From NCBI GenBank assembly GCA_964438005.1, contig CAYTJD010000067.1:8980-72979 (forward strand): a DNA stretch of 64,000 nucleotides, written 5' to 3'. The notes under the pieces are model-generated. The model had not been told where the DNA came from. It saw only the letters and a list, made by a program, of their open reading frames with translations, and did not search any database. Position numbers and translations under genes: made by a program. The stretch is from an uncultured Solibacteraceae bacterium (lineage in GTDB: Bacteria; Acidobacteriota; Terriglobia; Bryobacterales; Bryobacteraceae). Below, piece by piece: positions 41,652-50,303 of the stretch (positions are counted from its first letter, which is position 1; every line of letters begins with the position of its first letter).

Positions 41652-42374
41652 TCAGCGCCTCCACTTCCGCAAAGCCACGCAAGCGATCCCCAGCAGGCTT
41701 AGCATCGATGACGGTTCCGGGACGGTGGAGGAGTGGATTCCGGATGGCCCGGACGGACCAAGGATGAGCGCACTACCGAAGCCGCCGTTGGAGCCAAAGA
41801 AGTTTCCCTGCGGATCGATGAAACTCAAAGCGTCGGTCTCAATCACCAAATCGACGGTACTCTCACCCGGAAGTACGCCCGGCAAGTTGAAGCCCACGGT
41901 GTCCCCATCTGCCGAACGGTCCACTGTGACCGGCTCCGAGTTGGGATCGCCGTTATTGCAGAAGCCGCCGTCGTCAATGCCACAGAGGATTAGGGAGCCG
42001 AGTGACAGCGAATCATATCCGACCTCGGTATGGTAGCCCGCGAAGCCCGATTCCGTTACCCGGATCAGGTCTTCGGTCGAGGAGCTGTTGCTCACCTGGA
42101 AGAGGAAGTCCAGGCATCCCGCGCAAAAAACGTTTGCGGGGTCGGCCTCCACCTGCTCGTAGAATGAACCGCCGAACGCCGTCGTTCCCCAATTCCCGCT
42201 CTTGTCTGCCAGCACCGTGCGCGTCAAGCCATTCGGCGGACTGCCGGAGTATCCCAGCGTGAGAGCGTCCGGCGCACCGCTCCCTCCCGGAAGAATCTCG
42301 TTCCCTCTCGCGGCGGGTATTGCTGCAAGAGCCGTACCGACCAATAACACCCACATCCAATCTCTGTTTGTCAT
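41652..42374 (-). CDS. PEP-CTERM sorting-signal protein, unknown function
   Basis: Internal ATG at 42374 (MTNRDWMWVLLVGTALAAIPA, a signal peptide). The C-terminus VPEPSSMLSLLGIACVALRKWRR is a PEP motif plus TM helix plus basic tail. The 444-aa ORF-track version extends over the promoter region and the antisense strand of the neighbouring gene. Confidence 0.8.
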   Translation of the reverse strand: MTNRDWMWVLLVGTALAAIPAARGNEILPGGSGAPDALTLGYSGSPPNGLTRTVLADKSGNWGTTAFGGSFYEQVEADPANVFCAGCLDFLFQVSNSSSTEDLIRVTESGFAGYHTEVGYDSLSLGSLILCGIDDGGFCNNGDPNSEPVTVDRSADGDTVGFNLPGVLPGESTVDLVIETDALSFIDPQGNFFGSNGGFGSALILGPSGPSGIHSSTVPEPSSMLSLLGIACVALRKWRR

Positions 42375-42597
42375 TTGATTCGCACTCTCCTTGGTTTGCT
42401 CCGGACCGGCACATCCACAACACAGGTTCCAACGCGAGCCGGAACGGCGAGGCCGGTCCAGAGGGGTACGCGCAGAAGGCGGGACTTTTCCATCAGCGAA
42501 TCGTACTGGCGCTAAAGTACTATTTCTTGGCGGCGGGTGTATCATGACTGAGACTTGGATACTGCACCGGCCACCGGGCAGGTGAGGAGGGGTTGGA

Positions 42598-43932
42598 ATG
42601 AGCGCAAACAATTCCAGAAGGACGGCAGTCGTCGCTTTCGGTATAGTTTTCACCGCGGCGACATTCGCCCAGACACCGCACGTTGCTACTGGGCCTGATT
42701 GGTTCCTGCAAGCGTCCGCGTCCGATCCCGTCGGCCGCGCGATTGTGGGCCCCGGCGGACGCGTCCTCTCCACCGGCACACCCGGAGGCGGCCTGCAAGC
42801 TGTCTGCGCGGCCGACATCGCGAAATACTGCGCCGGCCAGAACGGAGCGAGCGCGCGTGCGTGCCTGGCGCAGAACACAGACAGGCTCGAGGCCGCGTGC
42901 AAAACTGCGGTCTCCACGGCCCCGGCTCCGGCTACGTGCCGGAACTCGCCCGTTTGCGGCAATCGCTTCGACCCTCCGCGTTCCACGCTCCAGCGCGTCG
43001 AGTGGAAGCAAACGATGGGCTACTCCTTCGCCTACCCGGTCGATTTGCCGCAGGGCGGCGGCGGAGTGTCCGCGGCCCAGATCGATTCCAAAGGCAACCT
43101 GTGGGTCTTCGAGCGCAACGCCGCCGGAACGCCGCAGCTGTTTGAGTTTGGCCTCGACCGGAAGCTCATCCGCGCCATCGGTGACGATGTCATCGGCCAC
43201 CAGCTGAAGGCGCACGGCATGGCGATCGACTCCGAAGACAACGTCTGGATCTGCGATGCGGATGGCGCCACCGTCATGAAGGTCAGTCCCGCGGGCAAGC
43301 TCCTCCTCACGCTCGGCACAAAAGGAAGGCGCGGCGATTGGAATGAGGCTAAGGGTCAGCGACTCCTATGGCAGCCACTCGATCTCGCCTTCGCTCCGAA
43401 TGGCGATATCTATATCGGCGAAGGGCACGCCAACGAAAGCCCCAACGACACCGATTCCGAGGATCCTGCCAACAGTGTCGGCGCTGCGCGCGTCATCCAC
43501 CTCGACAAGGCCGGAAAGTTCCTCAATCAGTGGTACGGCAATAGCATCGGGCAAGGAAAATTCAGCATGGTTCACGGGCTCGCCATCGATCCTCTCGACG
43601 GCGACGTCTGGCTTGCCGATCGCGAGGAATACCGCCTGGTGGTCTACACGGCGGGCGGCAAGTTCGTCAAGACGGTGCAAATGAGAAACCTGATGTGCGC
43701 GATTGCTTTTGACCCGCAAGGCAACCTCTGGGTCGCCAGCGGTCAGGATGGCCAGATCTTAAAGATCGATCGCAACGGTAAGGTGCTCGGCGCCATCGGC
43801 AACGGTTCCGGCACCGGCGAAGGCCAGTTCATCGAAAGCAATTACGTGACTTGGGACAAGCAGGGCAACCTGTACACCGGCGACACCAGCGTCGGCCGCG
43901 TCACGGAGATGATCGCGCCGAAGTCCAGGTAG
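42598..43932 (+). CDS. Exported NHL-repeat six-bladed beta-propeller protein with N-terminal Cys-rich repeat
   Basis: GAGGAGG sits 9 nt upstream of the ATG. Signal peptide present. Cys-rich motif (CAADIAKYCAGQNGASARACLAQNTDRLEAAC). Repeated NHL-like units (GHGMAIDSEDNVWICD, VHGLAIDPLDGDVWLAD, IAFDPQGNLWVAS, VTWDKQGNLYTGD). Confidence 0.75.
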   Translation: MSANNSRRTAVVAFGIVFTAATFAQTPHVATGPDWFLQASASDPVGRAIVGPGGRVLSTGTPGGGLQAVCAADIAKYCAGQNGASARACLAQNTDRLEAACKTAVSTAPAPATCRNSPVCGNRFDPPRSTLQRVEWKQTMGYSFAYPVDLPQGGGGVSAAQIDSKGNLWVFERNAAGTPQLFEFGLDRKLIRAIGDDVIGHQLKAHGMAIDSEDNVWICDADGATVMKVSPAGKLLLTLGTKGRRGDWNEAKGQRLLWQPLDLAFAPNGDIYIGEGHANESPNDTDSEDPANSVGAARVIHLDKAGKFLNQWYGNSIGQGKFSMVHGLAIDPLDGDVWLADREEYRLVVYTAGGKFVKTVQMRNLMCAIAFDPQGNLWVASGQDGQILKIDRNGKVLGAIGNGSGTGEGQFIESNYVTWDKQGNLYTGDTSVGRVTEMIAPKSR

Positions 43933-43933
43933 C

Positions 43934-44413
43934 CTACGCCTGGGCCAGGGGCCGGGGGGCGGAGGCCAGATCGGCCCCGGCATCGGAACGCAAATCGCGA
44001 AACGCCGGCAAGCCCGAAACTTCGCGGGTCTGCGGCGACAGATCGTAGGTGACCGTCGTAATTTCCGGACACCGCTTGCACGCGGCTCCGCCTTCTTGCG
44101 TGTACCAGCGGCAGTTCTTACGGATGATGCAGGGCGGCAAGGTATCCACCGACGCGGGGAGAATCTGAACCACGCGCGTGGCCAGACGGCAATCGGCGCC
44201 GTCGTAGTGCGGACATTGATGTTCGGCGCAAACGGCCGCCAGCCGGAACACTTCGGTGGGTTTCAGCGGCGCTGCCAGGGCGAGCACCCCCGGCGTCGCC
44301 GGCAGGTGCTCGTTGAGATACGTCAGAACGGGCGTTGGGCCGTCCCGTTGCACGACTCCCAGCACCCGGCAGCCTTCCATCCCCGGCTGCGCGCTCGGGC
44401 AGAGCTTCTGCAT
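43934..44413 (-). CDS. Cysteine-rich hypothetical protein (9 Cys, 159 aa)
   Basis: The ORF starts 12 nt after the upstream gene's stop. It has 9 Cys, including CAEHQC and CKRC, and no signal peptide. GC3-rich codon usage is consistent with coding. I cannot name the family. Confidence 0.55.
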   Translation of the reverse strand: MQKLCPSAQPGMEGCRVLGVVQRDGPTPVLTYLNEHLPATPGVLALAAPLKPTEVFRLAAVCAEHQCPHYDGADCRLATRVVQILPASVDTLPPCIIRKNCRWYTQEGGAACKRCPEITTVTYDLSPQTREVSGLPAFRDLRSDAGADLASAPRPLAQA

Positions 44414-44425
44414 TTCGGGCCTCTC

Positions 44426-44773
44426 TTACTTCTCAACCTGGACCATTTGCGGCGCCGGCGGAATGCCCAGGATGTAATGCCCGCCTACGGCCAGAACCGC
44501 GCCGCCTGCCGGCCGGGCAGCCTCGGATACCAACGCATCGGGATAGGCGGCGGCCACTTGCCCAGCAATCTCGTTGGCGAATGCCTGGGTTTCCGCCAAG
44601 GTGACCTGGGAGAGAATCGGATCGGGAACGGGAATTCCCCGGATCAGGTAAGACACAGAAATCGCCTGCGGCGGGTCGATTTTGAATTTCGGATGCTTCG
44701 CCACGGCGGCTTTGACAGCGGCTTGCACCGCTGCAGTGAACTTGCTTAAGGAAATCGCTCTTGCTTGTGGCAT
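44426..44773 (-). CDS. Hypothetical protein (115 aa), first gene of a two-gene operon
   Basis: ORF MPQARAISLSKFTAAVQAAVKAAVAKHPKFKIDPP.... No recognisable domain, TM segment or signal peptide. Codon usage resembles neighbouring genes. Confidence 0.5.
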   Translation of the reverse strand: MPQARAISLSKFTAAVQAAVKAAVAKHPKFKIDPPQAISVSYLIRGIPVPDPILSQVTLAETQAFANEIAGQVAAAYPDALVSEAARPAGGAVLAVGGHYILGIPPAPQMVQVEK

Positions 44774-44874
44774 GCCTTCTTCTCCCAGCCGGGCTATGCG
44801 AGCGCGGCTTCAGATCTGAGAGCGGCGTTGGGAGAGAAGGTCCGCCAGGAGTTGCGCGTTCTATGTGCTTTGGA

Positions 44875-45675
44875 TCACTTACCCGGGAAGTGCTGGACGT
44901 CTTTTTCGTTTTCGTTGCAGATGTACTCGAGCAGTTCGCCCTTCATGCGCTTGGGATACGTCGTAAACGACCAAGGTTTGGTGTACATCACCGGATCATT
45001 CACCGTGCTGACCACCTCCATGTTCTCCGCGTCCAGGCGACGGATGTGCTCGGTCACCTTGAGCTGCGTCGAGTGCGGCACGCCGGCAGCGTCGATCCAG
45101 GTCTTGTCGTTGAAGCCGGTCGTCTCGACAACCAGCGTGTCGCCTTCCCAGTGGCCTATGGATTCGCCGTTCCACAGGTCTTCCGCGAATTGCGAGAATT
45201 TGCGGCCGTCCAGAAAGATCTGCCGCCAGGTGTGCGTGCCGCCTTCATATAGGATGGCGATGTAGTTGGGCATTTGTACGAACCGGAAAGGATACGGCGT
45301 GGTGGTCAGGCGCGGGACGCCGGGAGGCAGGCAGCGCGCTTCAGGATCGTCCTTGCCCAAACGTCCGAGGCGCGTTTTGTACAGCGCCTCACCTTCAGCG
45401 GTAAACGGAGGTTCAATACCCGTGGCCTTCAGATTGACGTTTTCCCGGATGGCGTTCGGCTCCCAGGGGCCGCTGAGGTCGGGCTTGCCGTCAGCGAGCC
45501 GCGGAGCCGGGCCGGCTTTGCCCAGCACCGGTTTGTTCTGTTCCGCCCGTTTCAGCACGGACGGATCCTGCAACCCGAACGACGGGTGCAGCGGCGGATC
45601 ATTGGGATTCGACGCCGGGGCCTGCGCGATAGCCGCCGGCAAACACAGAATTGCGATGAGGGAAAGTCTCCGCAT
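44875..45675 (-). CDS. Exported protein of unknown function, 'WEGDTLVV-motif' paralogue family
   Basis: Signal peptide MRRLSLIAILCLPAAIAQA. Motifs GKPDLSGPWEP, RCLPPGVPR and GHWEGDTLVVETTGFNDKTWID. Collinear with 526-1344. Confidence 0.7.
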   Translation of the reverse strand: MRRLSLIAILCLPAAIAQAPASNPNDPPLHPSFGLQDPSVLKRAEQNKPVLGKAGPAPRLADGKPDLSGPWEPNAIRENVNLKATGIEPPFTAEGEALYKTRLGRLGKDDPEARCLPPGVPRLTTTPYPFRFVQMPNYIAILYEGGTHTWRQIFLDGRKFSQFAEDLWNGESIGHWEGDTLVVETTGFNDKTWIDAAGVPHSTQLKVTEHIRRLDAENMEVVSTVNDPVMYTKPWSFTTYPKRMKGELLEYICNENEKDVQHFPGK

Positions 45676-45722
45676 AGAGTTCTATTCACTATGATATTCC
45701 AGCGGCCTCGGAGGCACCCGGC

Positions 45723-46610
45723 ATGATATATTTGTCCCAAATCCCGGGAGAAACCTTGCGACCGCTTCTACTCGTAGTGATGGCCGTGCCGGCTTTCAGC
45801 CAGTTCGCCGGATCGTTCAACCCAGCGCAGGCAGTTGACCTCACCGGCAACTGGGCGCCGGTGCCGCATGAGGAGAGCATCGGCAACCCGGCCATCGCCG
45901 AGTATTACGGCGTGCCCATCACGGAGGGCGGGCGCGCATGGGGCCTGGCCTGGGATCCTTCGCGCCTGACGCTGCCGGAGCATCAGTGCCAGGTCCATGT
46001 CGCGCCGTATATCTACGGCGGCCCGTTGAACCTGCGCATCTGGACAGAGCGCGATCCGCAATCGCAGAACGTGATTGCGATCCGGCAGTACATCAGCACC
46101 TACGAACAGAACCGCACCATCTGGATGGACAATCGCCCGCATCCTTCTCCCAACGCAGCGCATACCTGGATGGGTTTTTCCACCGGGAAATGGGAAGGAA
46201 ACATGCTCAGCGTCTACACGACGCATCTCAAGCAGGGCGAGGTGCGGCGCAACGGCCTGCCGGAGAGCGACCGCGCGACGCTGGTGGAGCACTTCATCCG
46301 CAACGGCGACTACCTGACGCACGTGAGCATCGTGACCGACCCGGTGTATCTCACCGAGCCGTTCATCCGGACACAGGTCTTCCGGCAGTTGCTGGCGGAA
46401 GGATCGAACTGGCTGTACCCGTGTGAATCGGTGGTGGAGATTGCCAATCGGCCGGAAGGAAAGGTGCCGAACTATCTGCCGGGCGAAAATCCATTCATGA
46501 ACGAGTTCGCCGAAAAGCATCATATCCCGGTAGAGGCCGCGCTGGGCGGCGCGGAGACGATGTACCCGGAATACCAGCTGAAGATGAAGAAAGCCGCAGC
46601 CAAGAAGTAA
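45723..46610 (+). CDS. Divergent member of the 'WEGDTLVV-motif' exported family
   Basis: Signal-like LRPLLLVVMAVPAFSQ. VDLTGNWAP and GKWEGNMLSVYTTHLKQG align with the family core but are more diverged. Its stop is 1 nt before the next gene's ATG. Confidence 0.65.
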   Translation: MIYLSQIPGETLRPLLLVVMAVPAFSQFAGSFNPAQAVDLTGNWAPVPHEESIGNPAIAEYYGVPITEGGRAWGLAWDPSRLTLPEHQCQVHVAPYIYGGPLNLRIWTERDPQSQNVIAIRQYISTYEQNRTIWMDNRPHPSPNAAHTWMGFSTGKWEGNMLSVYTTHLKQGEVRRNGLPESDRATLVEHFIRNGDYLTHVSIVTDPVYLTEPFIRTQVFRQLLAEGSNWLYPCESVVEIANRPEGKVPNYLPGENPFMNEFAEKHHIPVEAALGGAETMYPEYQLKMKKAAAKK

Positions 46611-46611
46611 G

Positions 46612-47703
46612 ATGCGAACCTCCGGACACAGCCGGCGGGGATTCCTGGGAGGCTTCGCGGCCTCAGCGTTGCTGCGAACTCGACGTGGCGCCGCCGCGGG
46701 CCGGCGGCCGCAGCGCGTGGCGGTGGTCGGCGCGGGACACTACCACGCAACGCTCGCACCGTTCTACTTGAAAATCCTGCAGGACGAGAAGGTCGATATC
46801 GTGGGCGTGCACGATCCGAACCGCGCCGTGGCCGAGGACCGCGCCCGCCGCTGTGGAAGCACGGCCTATACCGATTACCGGGCGATGATCGACAAGACTA
46901 AGCCCGAATTCGTGCTCTCGCTGAATCGTCACGTGGATATGCCTGGGCCGTTCCGCTATCTGGTGGATACGGGCATTCCCTTCCTGGCGGAGAAGCCGTG
47001 GGGCATCGATGACAAGACGGTCAACGAGCTGGCGGACTATGCGGAGAAGAAGAAAGCCTGGGTGACTGCCCCGATGTCGTTCCGCTACAGCTGGTGGGCC
47101 GAGACCGCGCGGAAGATGGCGCGAAGTGGAGAACTGGGAACCATCTCTCACATGCTGGTGCGATTCAATCAGCCCGGAATTCAACGCTACCTCGGCGAGG
47201 GGAACGGGTGGATGCTCAGCAAGGCAGAGGCGGGCGGCGGCGCGCTGCTCAACCTGGGCTTTCATGGATTCGACTTGTGCCGCTACATCACCGGCGAAGA
47301 GCCGCGCGTGGTCTCAGCGGTGACCAGCCACTCGATCTGGAAGCGCGAAGTGGAAGATTACGCCTTTGTGACTTTGCGCACGTCCAGCGGAATCGTATTC
47401 CTCAACGAGGCCAGCTACACGTTTCCAAGTACCGGTTCTGACAGCGAGCGAAAGATCGCGGCTGAGAAGGCGCTCGTACGGGCCACAGTCACAGGCGACG
47501 GCGTCGAGATCATCGGGCCGGGACGGAATGAGACCTTCCAGGCGCCGGCCGGCTACGTCGGAAGCTGGCGCGGCGTGGTAAAGGATTGCCTGGACCGGAT
47601 CGGCCGCGGCGAACCGCCGCCGGCTTCGGCGCGGGATTGCGCCCGCGCGGTTTCGCTTACCTTCGACGCCTACCGGGCGGCGGGAGAAACTCCGGACCGG
47701 TAA
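46612..47703 (+). CDS. Tat-exported Gfo/Idh/MocA family NAD(P)-dependent oxidoreductase
   Basis: Twin-arginine signal MRTSGHSRRGFLGGFAASALL. Rossmann N-domain (RVAVVGAGHYH), with EKP at the end of the N-domain (FLAEKPWG). Confidence 0.85.
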   Translation: MRTSGHSRRGFLGGFAASALLRTRRGAAAGRRPQRVAVVGAGHYHATLAPFYLKILQDEKVDIVGVHDPNRAVAEDRARRCGSTAYTDYRAMIDKTKPEFVLSLNRHVDMPGPFRYLVDTGIPFLAEKPWGIDDKTVNELADYAEKKKAWVTAPMSFRYSWWAETARKMARSGELGTISHMLVRFNQPGIQRYLGEGNGWMLSKAEAGGGALLNLGFHGFDLCRYITGEEPRVVSAVTSHSIWKREVEDYAFVTLRTSSGIVFLNEASYTFPSTGSDSERKIAAEKALVRATVTGDGVEIIGPGRNETFQAPAGYVGSWRGVVKDCLDRIGRGEPPPASARDCARAVSLTFDAYRAAGETPDR

Positions 47704-47708
47704 CGCAA

Positions 47709-48251
47709 TTACTTGTCGCTCACCGACTGGCGGTCGGGGCCGTACGTGGGGCCGTGCACGGTCCGGTGGGAGACGTACAGCCAGTGGCCGTCGCGCTTCT
47801 GATAGACCCGCTCAAACCAAACCGAAAACCAGGACTGACTCGGATTGCCGGTCCGGTTCTGCGCGACGTACCGGCCGTAGGTGATGGCGATGTCGCCGTG
47901 CATCTCGACTTTGACCGAGTCCAGATCGCGCACATTGTACTGCTTGTTCTCCACGCGCTTGAGAAAAGACTCGCGGTTATCGACGAGGAGTGGCTTGCCG
48001 CCGGTGGTCCAGCCATCGCCGTGGGTGAAAGAGAGGTCTGGCGCACTAACCCGCTCGACGTAGGCGACGTCGCCGCGGACAACGGCCGCTTCCATGGCCC
48101 GTTCGAAGGCCAGCACTTCGGCCGCATCCGCCGTTGTGCCAACGACGGCTGGGCTGATCTTGGAAGCGGCGGCCGGCGATTTGGTTTGGCTAAACGCCGA
48201 GAGCGCCAGGACGAGCCCGGCGAGAAGGCGGGAGCGAGATTGGCTGTACAT
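47709..48251 (-). CDS. Exported SnoaL-like / DUF4440 (NTF2-fold) protein
   Basis: Internal ATG at 48251 gives the signal peptide MYSQSRSRLLAGLVLALSAFSQ. The body (FERAMEAAVVRGDVAYVERV...HGDIAITYGRY...WFSVWFERVYQKRDGHWLYVSHR) fits the DUF4440 pattern. Confidence 0.7.
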   Translation of the reverse strand: MYSQSRSRLLAGLVLALSAFSQTKSPAAASKISPAVVGTTADAAEVLAFERAMEAAVVRGDVAYVERVSAPDLSFTHGDGWTTGGKPLLVDNRESFLKRVENKQYNVRDLDSVKVEMHGDIAITYGRYVAQNRTGNPSQSWFSVWFERVYQKRDGHWLYVSHRTVHGPTYGPDRQSVSDK

Positions 48252-48358
48252 GGGACGAATTCTATCACCGGGGCCCGCAGCCGGTGTACACGAAATGACG
48301 CGATCCCGCGTCAAACGGCTATATACTGGCGCTAACTGAACCTTAACGGAGGTACGGC

Positions 48359-50299
48359 GTGCCGAGCAAACGCTTGCTTCTGGCGGCAGCGGTCGCAGCT
48401 CTCGCCGCATTCGGGGCGTCCCCGGGTAACAGCTCCGGCGGACGTTTCGCGGTAAAACTCTCTCCGGACCAGCGGATCCAACAGGCGCTCAACCGCCTCA
48501 CGTTCGGCGCCCACCCGGGTGATTTCGAGGAAGTGCGCAGACTGGGCGTGGAGAAGTGGATCGAACTCCAGTTACATCCCGAGCGGATCCCTGAAAATCC
48601 CGTGCTCGAAACCCGGTTGAAACCGTTGGAAACCATCCGCATGGAACCGGCCGAGATCCTTAAGCAATATTTCCCCCAGTTTCCGCCGGGGGTGATTCGG
48701 CCGACGCCGATTACCGAACTGCTGCCCGGCGGCCAGCTCCGCCGCGTATTCAACGGCACGGCGGAAGAGCGCAAGGCGGCCATCCTGGCGCTGGACCCGG
48801 ACAAGCGGATGCGGGTACTTGCGCTCGTGCCGCCCAATGTGGTGGAGGGCCTGCCGGAATTGAAGGAGCAACAGGAGGCGGCGCGGAAGCAGCAGCAAGA
48901 AGAGCAGCGCGCGGAAATGCGCCGGCTGCGGCCGCCGCTGACCGACCTGCTGGATGCGAAGCAGGTGGAGATCGCGACGCACGGCACGGCGCAAGAGCGG
49001 ACGGCGTTGTTGGCGTCGCTGGACGAGACCAAGCGCAAGCAGGTGGCGGCGGCTCTGCCGCCGAATGTGGTCGCGGACCGGGTGGACCTGCGGCGGATGG
49101 GGGAAATGCTGCGGCAGCCACAACAGGTCCCGGTCGCGGACCTGCGCGAAGCGAAGCTGTTTCGCGCCATTTACTCCAACCGGCAGCTGCAAGAAGTGCT
49201 GACGGATTTCTGGTTCAACCACTTCAACGTGTTCGACGCCAAGGCGCAGGACCGGGCGCTGTTGGCGAGCTACGAGCGCGAAGCCATCCGGCCGCACGTC
49301 CTGGGCAAATTCAAGGACCTGCTGCTGGCGACGGCGCGCCATCCGGCGATGCTCTATTTCCTGGACAACTGGCAGTCGATGGGAAGCGATATCTTCCAGG
49401 TGGGGCCGTTTGCTTCCGGACCACAACTGCCGCCGCTCCGACAGGCGCACGGCTTGAACGAGAACTACGGGCGCGAAATTATGGAGCTGCACACGCTCGG
49501 CGTGAACGGCGGCTACACGCAGAAGGATGTCATCGAGGTGGCGCGGTGCTTTACCGGATGGACGATCCGGCAGCCGAACCAAAACCCGGCGTTCGTCTTC
49601 GCGGCGTTCATGCATGACGACGGGGAGAAGACCGTGCTGGGACACAAGATCGCGGCGGGTGGCGGCGAGCAGGACGGGCTGGCGGTGATCGACATGCTGG
49701 CGCATCACCCGTCGACGGCGCGCTTCATCTCGACCAAGCTGGCCCGTCGGTTTGTCGCGGACGATCCCCCGCCGGCGCTGATCGACCGGATGGCTCGCAC
49801 GTTTTTGAAGACCGACGGCGATCTGCGCGCGGTGCTGGAAACCATGTTTGGCTCGCGCGAGTTCGTCTCCGAGGGCGCGTGGGAGGCGAAGGTAAAATCG
49901 CCGCTGGAGATGGTGGTGAGCGCCGTGCGCGGGCTGGACGCCGAGGTGACGGATACCTCCACGCTGGCGCGGCGGGTGGCCGACATGGGCGAACCGCTGT
50001 ACGGGAAAGAGCCCCCCACCGGCTACAAGGATACGGCGGAAGCGTGGCTGAGCACGGCCAATGTGCTGGCGCGGGTGAATTTTGCCAGCGCGCTGGTGAA
50101 CGGGCAGGTGCCAGGGGTAAAAGTGGAGACGTCGCGTTTCCAAGGGAAAGACGCGGCAGCTATCGCGCGCGAATTGCTGCGCGGCGATCTCTCGGACGAG
50201 ACGCTGGCCGCGCTGGAAAAGGGCTTGGCCGGAAAGCAATTGAAGCCCGGTTTGATTGCCGGCCTGATTCTCAGCGCGCCGGAATTTCAGAGGAGGTAG
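48359..50299 (+). CDS. DUF1800 family protein
   Basis: Signal peptide, then hallmark blocks LTDFWFNHFNVF, RHPAMLYFLDNWQS, LNENYGREIMELHTLGV and FMHDDGEKTVLG. Confidence 0.85.
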   Translation: MPSKRLLLAAAVAALAAFGASPGNSSGGRFAVKLSPDQRIQQALNRLTFGAHPGDFEEVRRLGVEKWIELQLHPERIPENPVLETRLKPLETIRMEPAEILKQYFPQFPPGVIRPTPITELLPGGQLRRVFNGTAEERKAAILALDPDKRMRVLALVPPNVVEGLPELKEQQEAARKQQQEEQRAEMRRLRPPLTDLLDAKQVEIATHGTAQERTALLASLDETKRKQVAAALPPNVVADRVDLRRMGEMLRQPQQVPVADLREAKLFRAIYSNRQLQEVLTDFWFNHFNVFDAKAQDRALLASYEREAIRPHVLGKFKDLLLATARHPAMLYFLDNWQSMGSDIFQVGPFASGPQLPPLRQAHGLNENYGREIMELHTLGVNGGYTQKDVIEVARCFTGWTIRQPNQNPAFVFAAFMHDDGEKTVLGHKIAAGGGEQDGLAVIDMLAHHPSTARFISTKLARRFVADDPPPALIDRMARTFLKTDGDLRAVLETMFGSREFVSEGAWEAKVKSPLEMVVSAVRGLDAEVTDTSTLARRVADMGEPLYGKEPPTGYKDTAEAWLSTANVLARVNFASALVNGQVPGVKVETSRFQGKDAAAIARELLRGDLSDETLAALEKGLAGKQLKPGLIAGLILSAPEFQRR

Positions 50300-50303
50300 C
50301 AGG

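Noticed and set aside
42375-42986. N-terminal 204-aa extension of the PEP-CTERM ORF (ORF-track 444 aa)
   Set aside because: The extension overlaps the NHL gene on the opposite strand and the intergenic promoter region, and it has no protein-like features. The internal ATG at 42374 gives a clean signal peptide.
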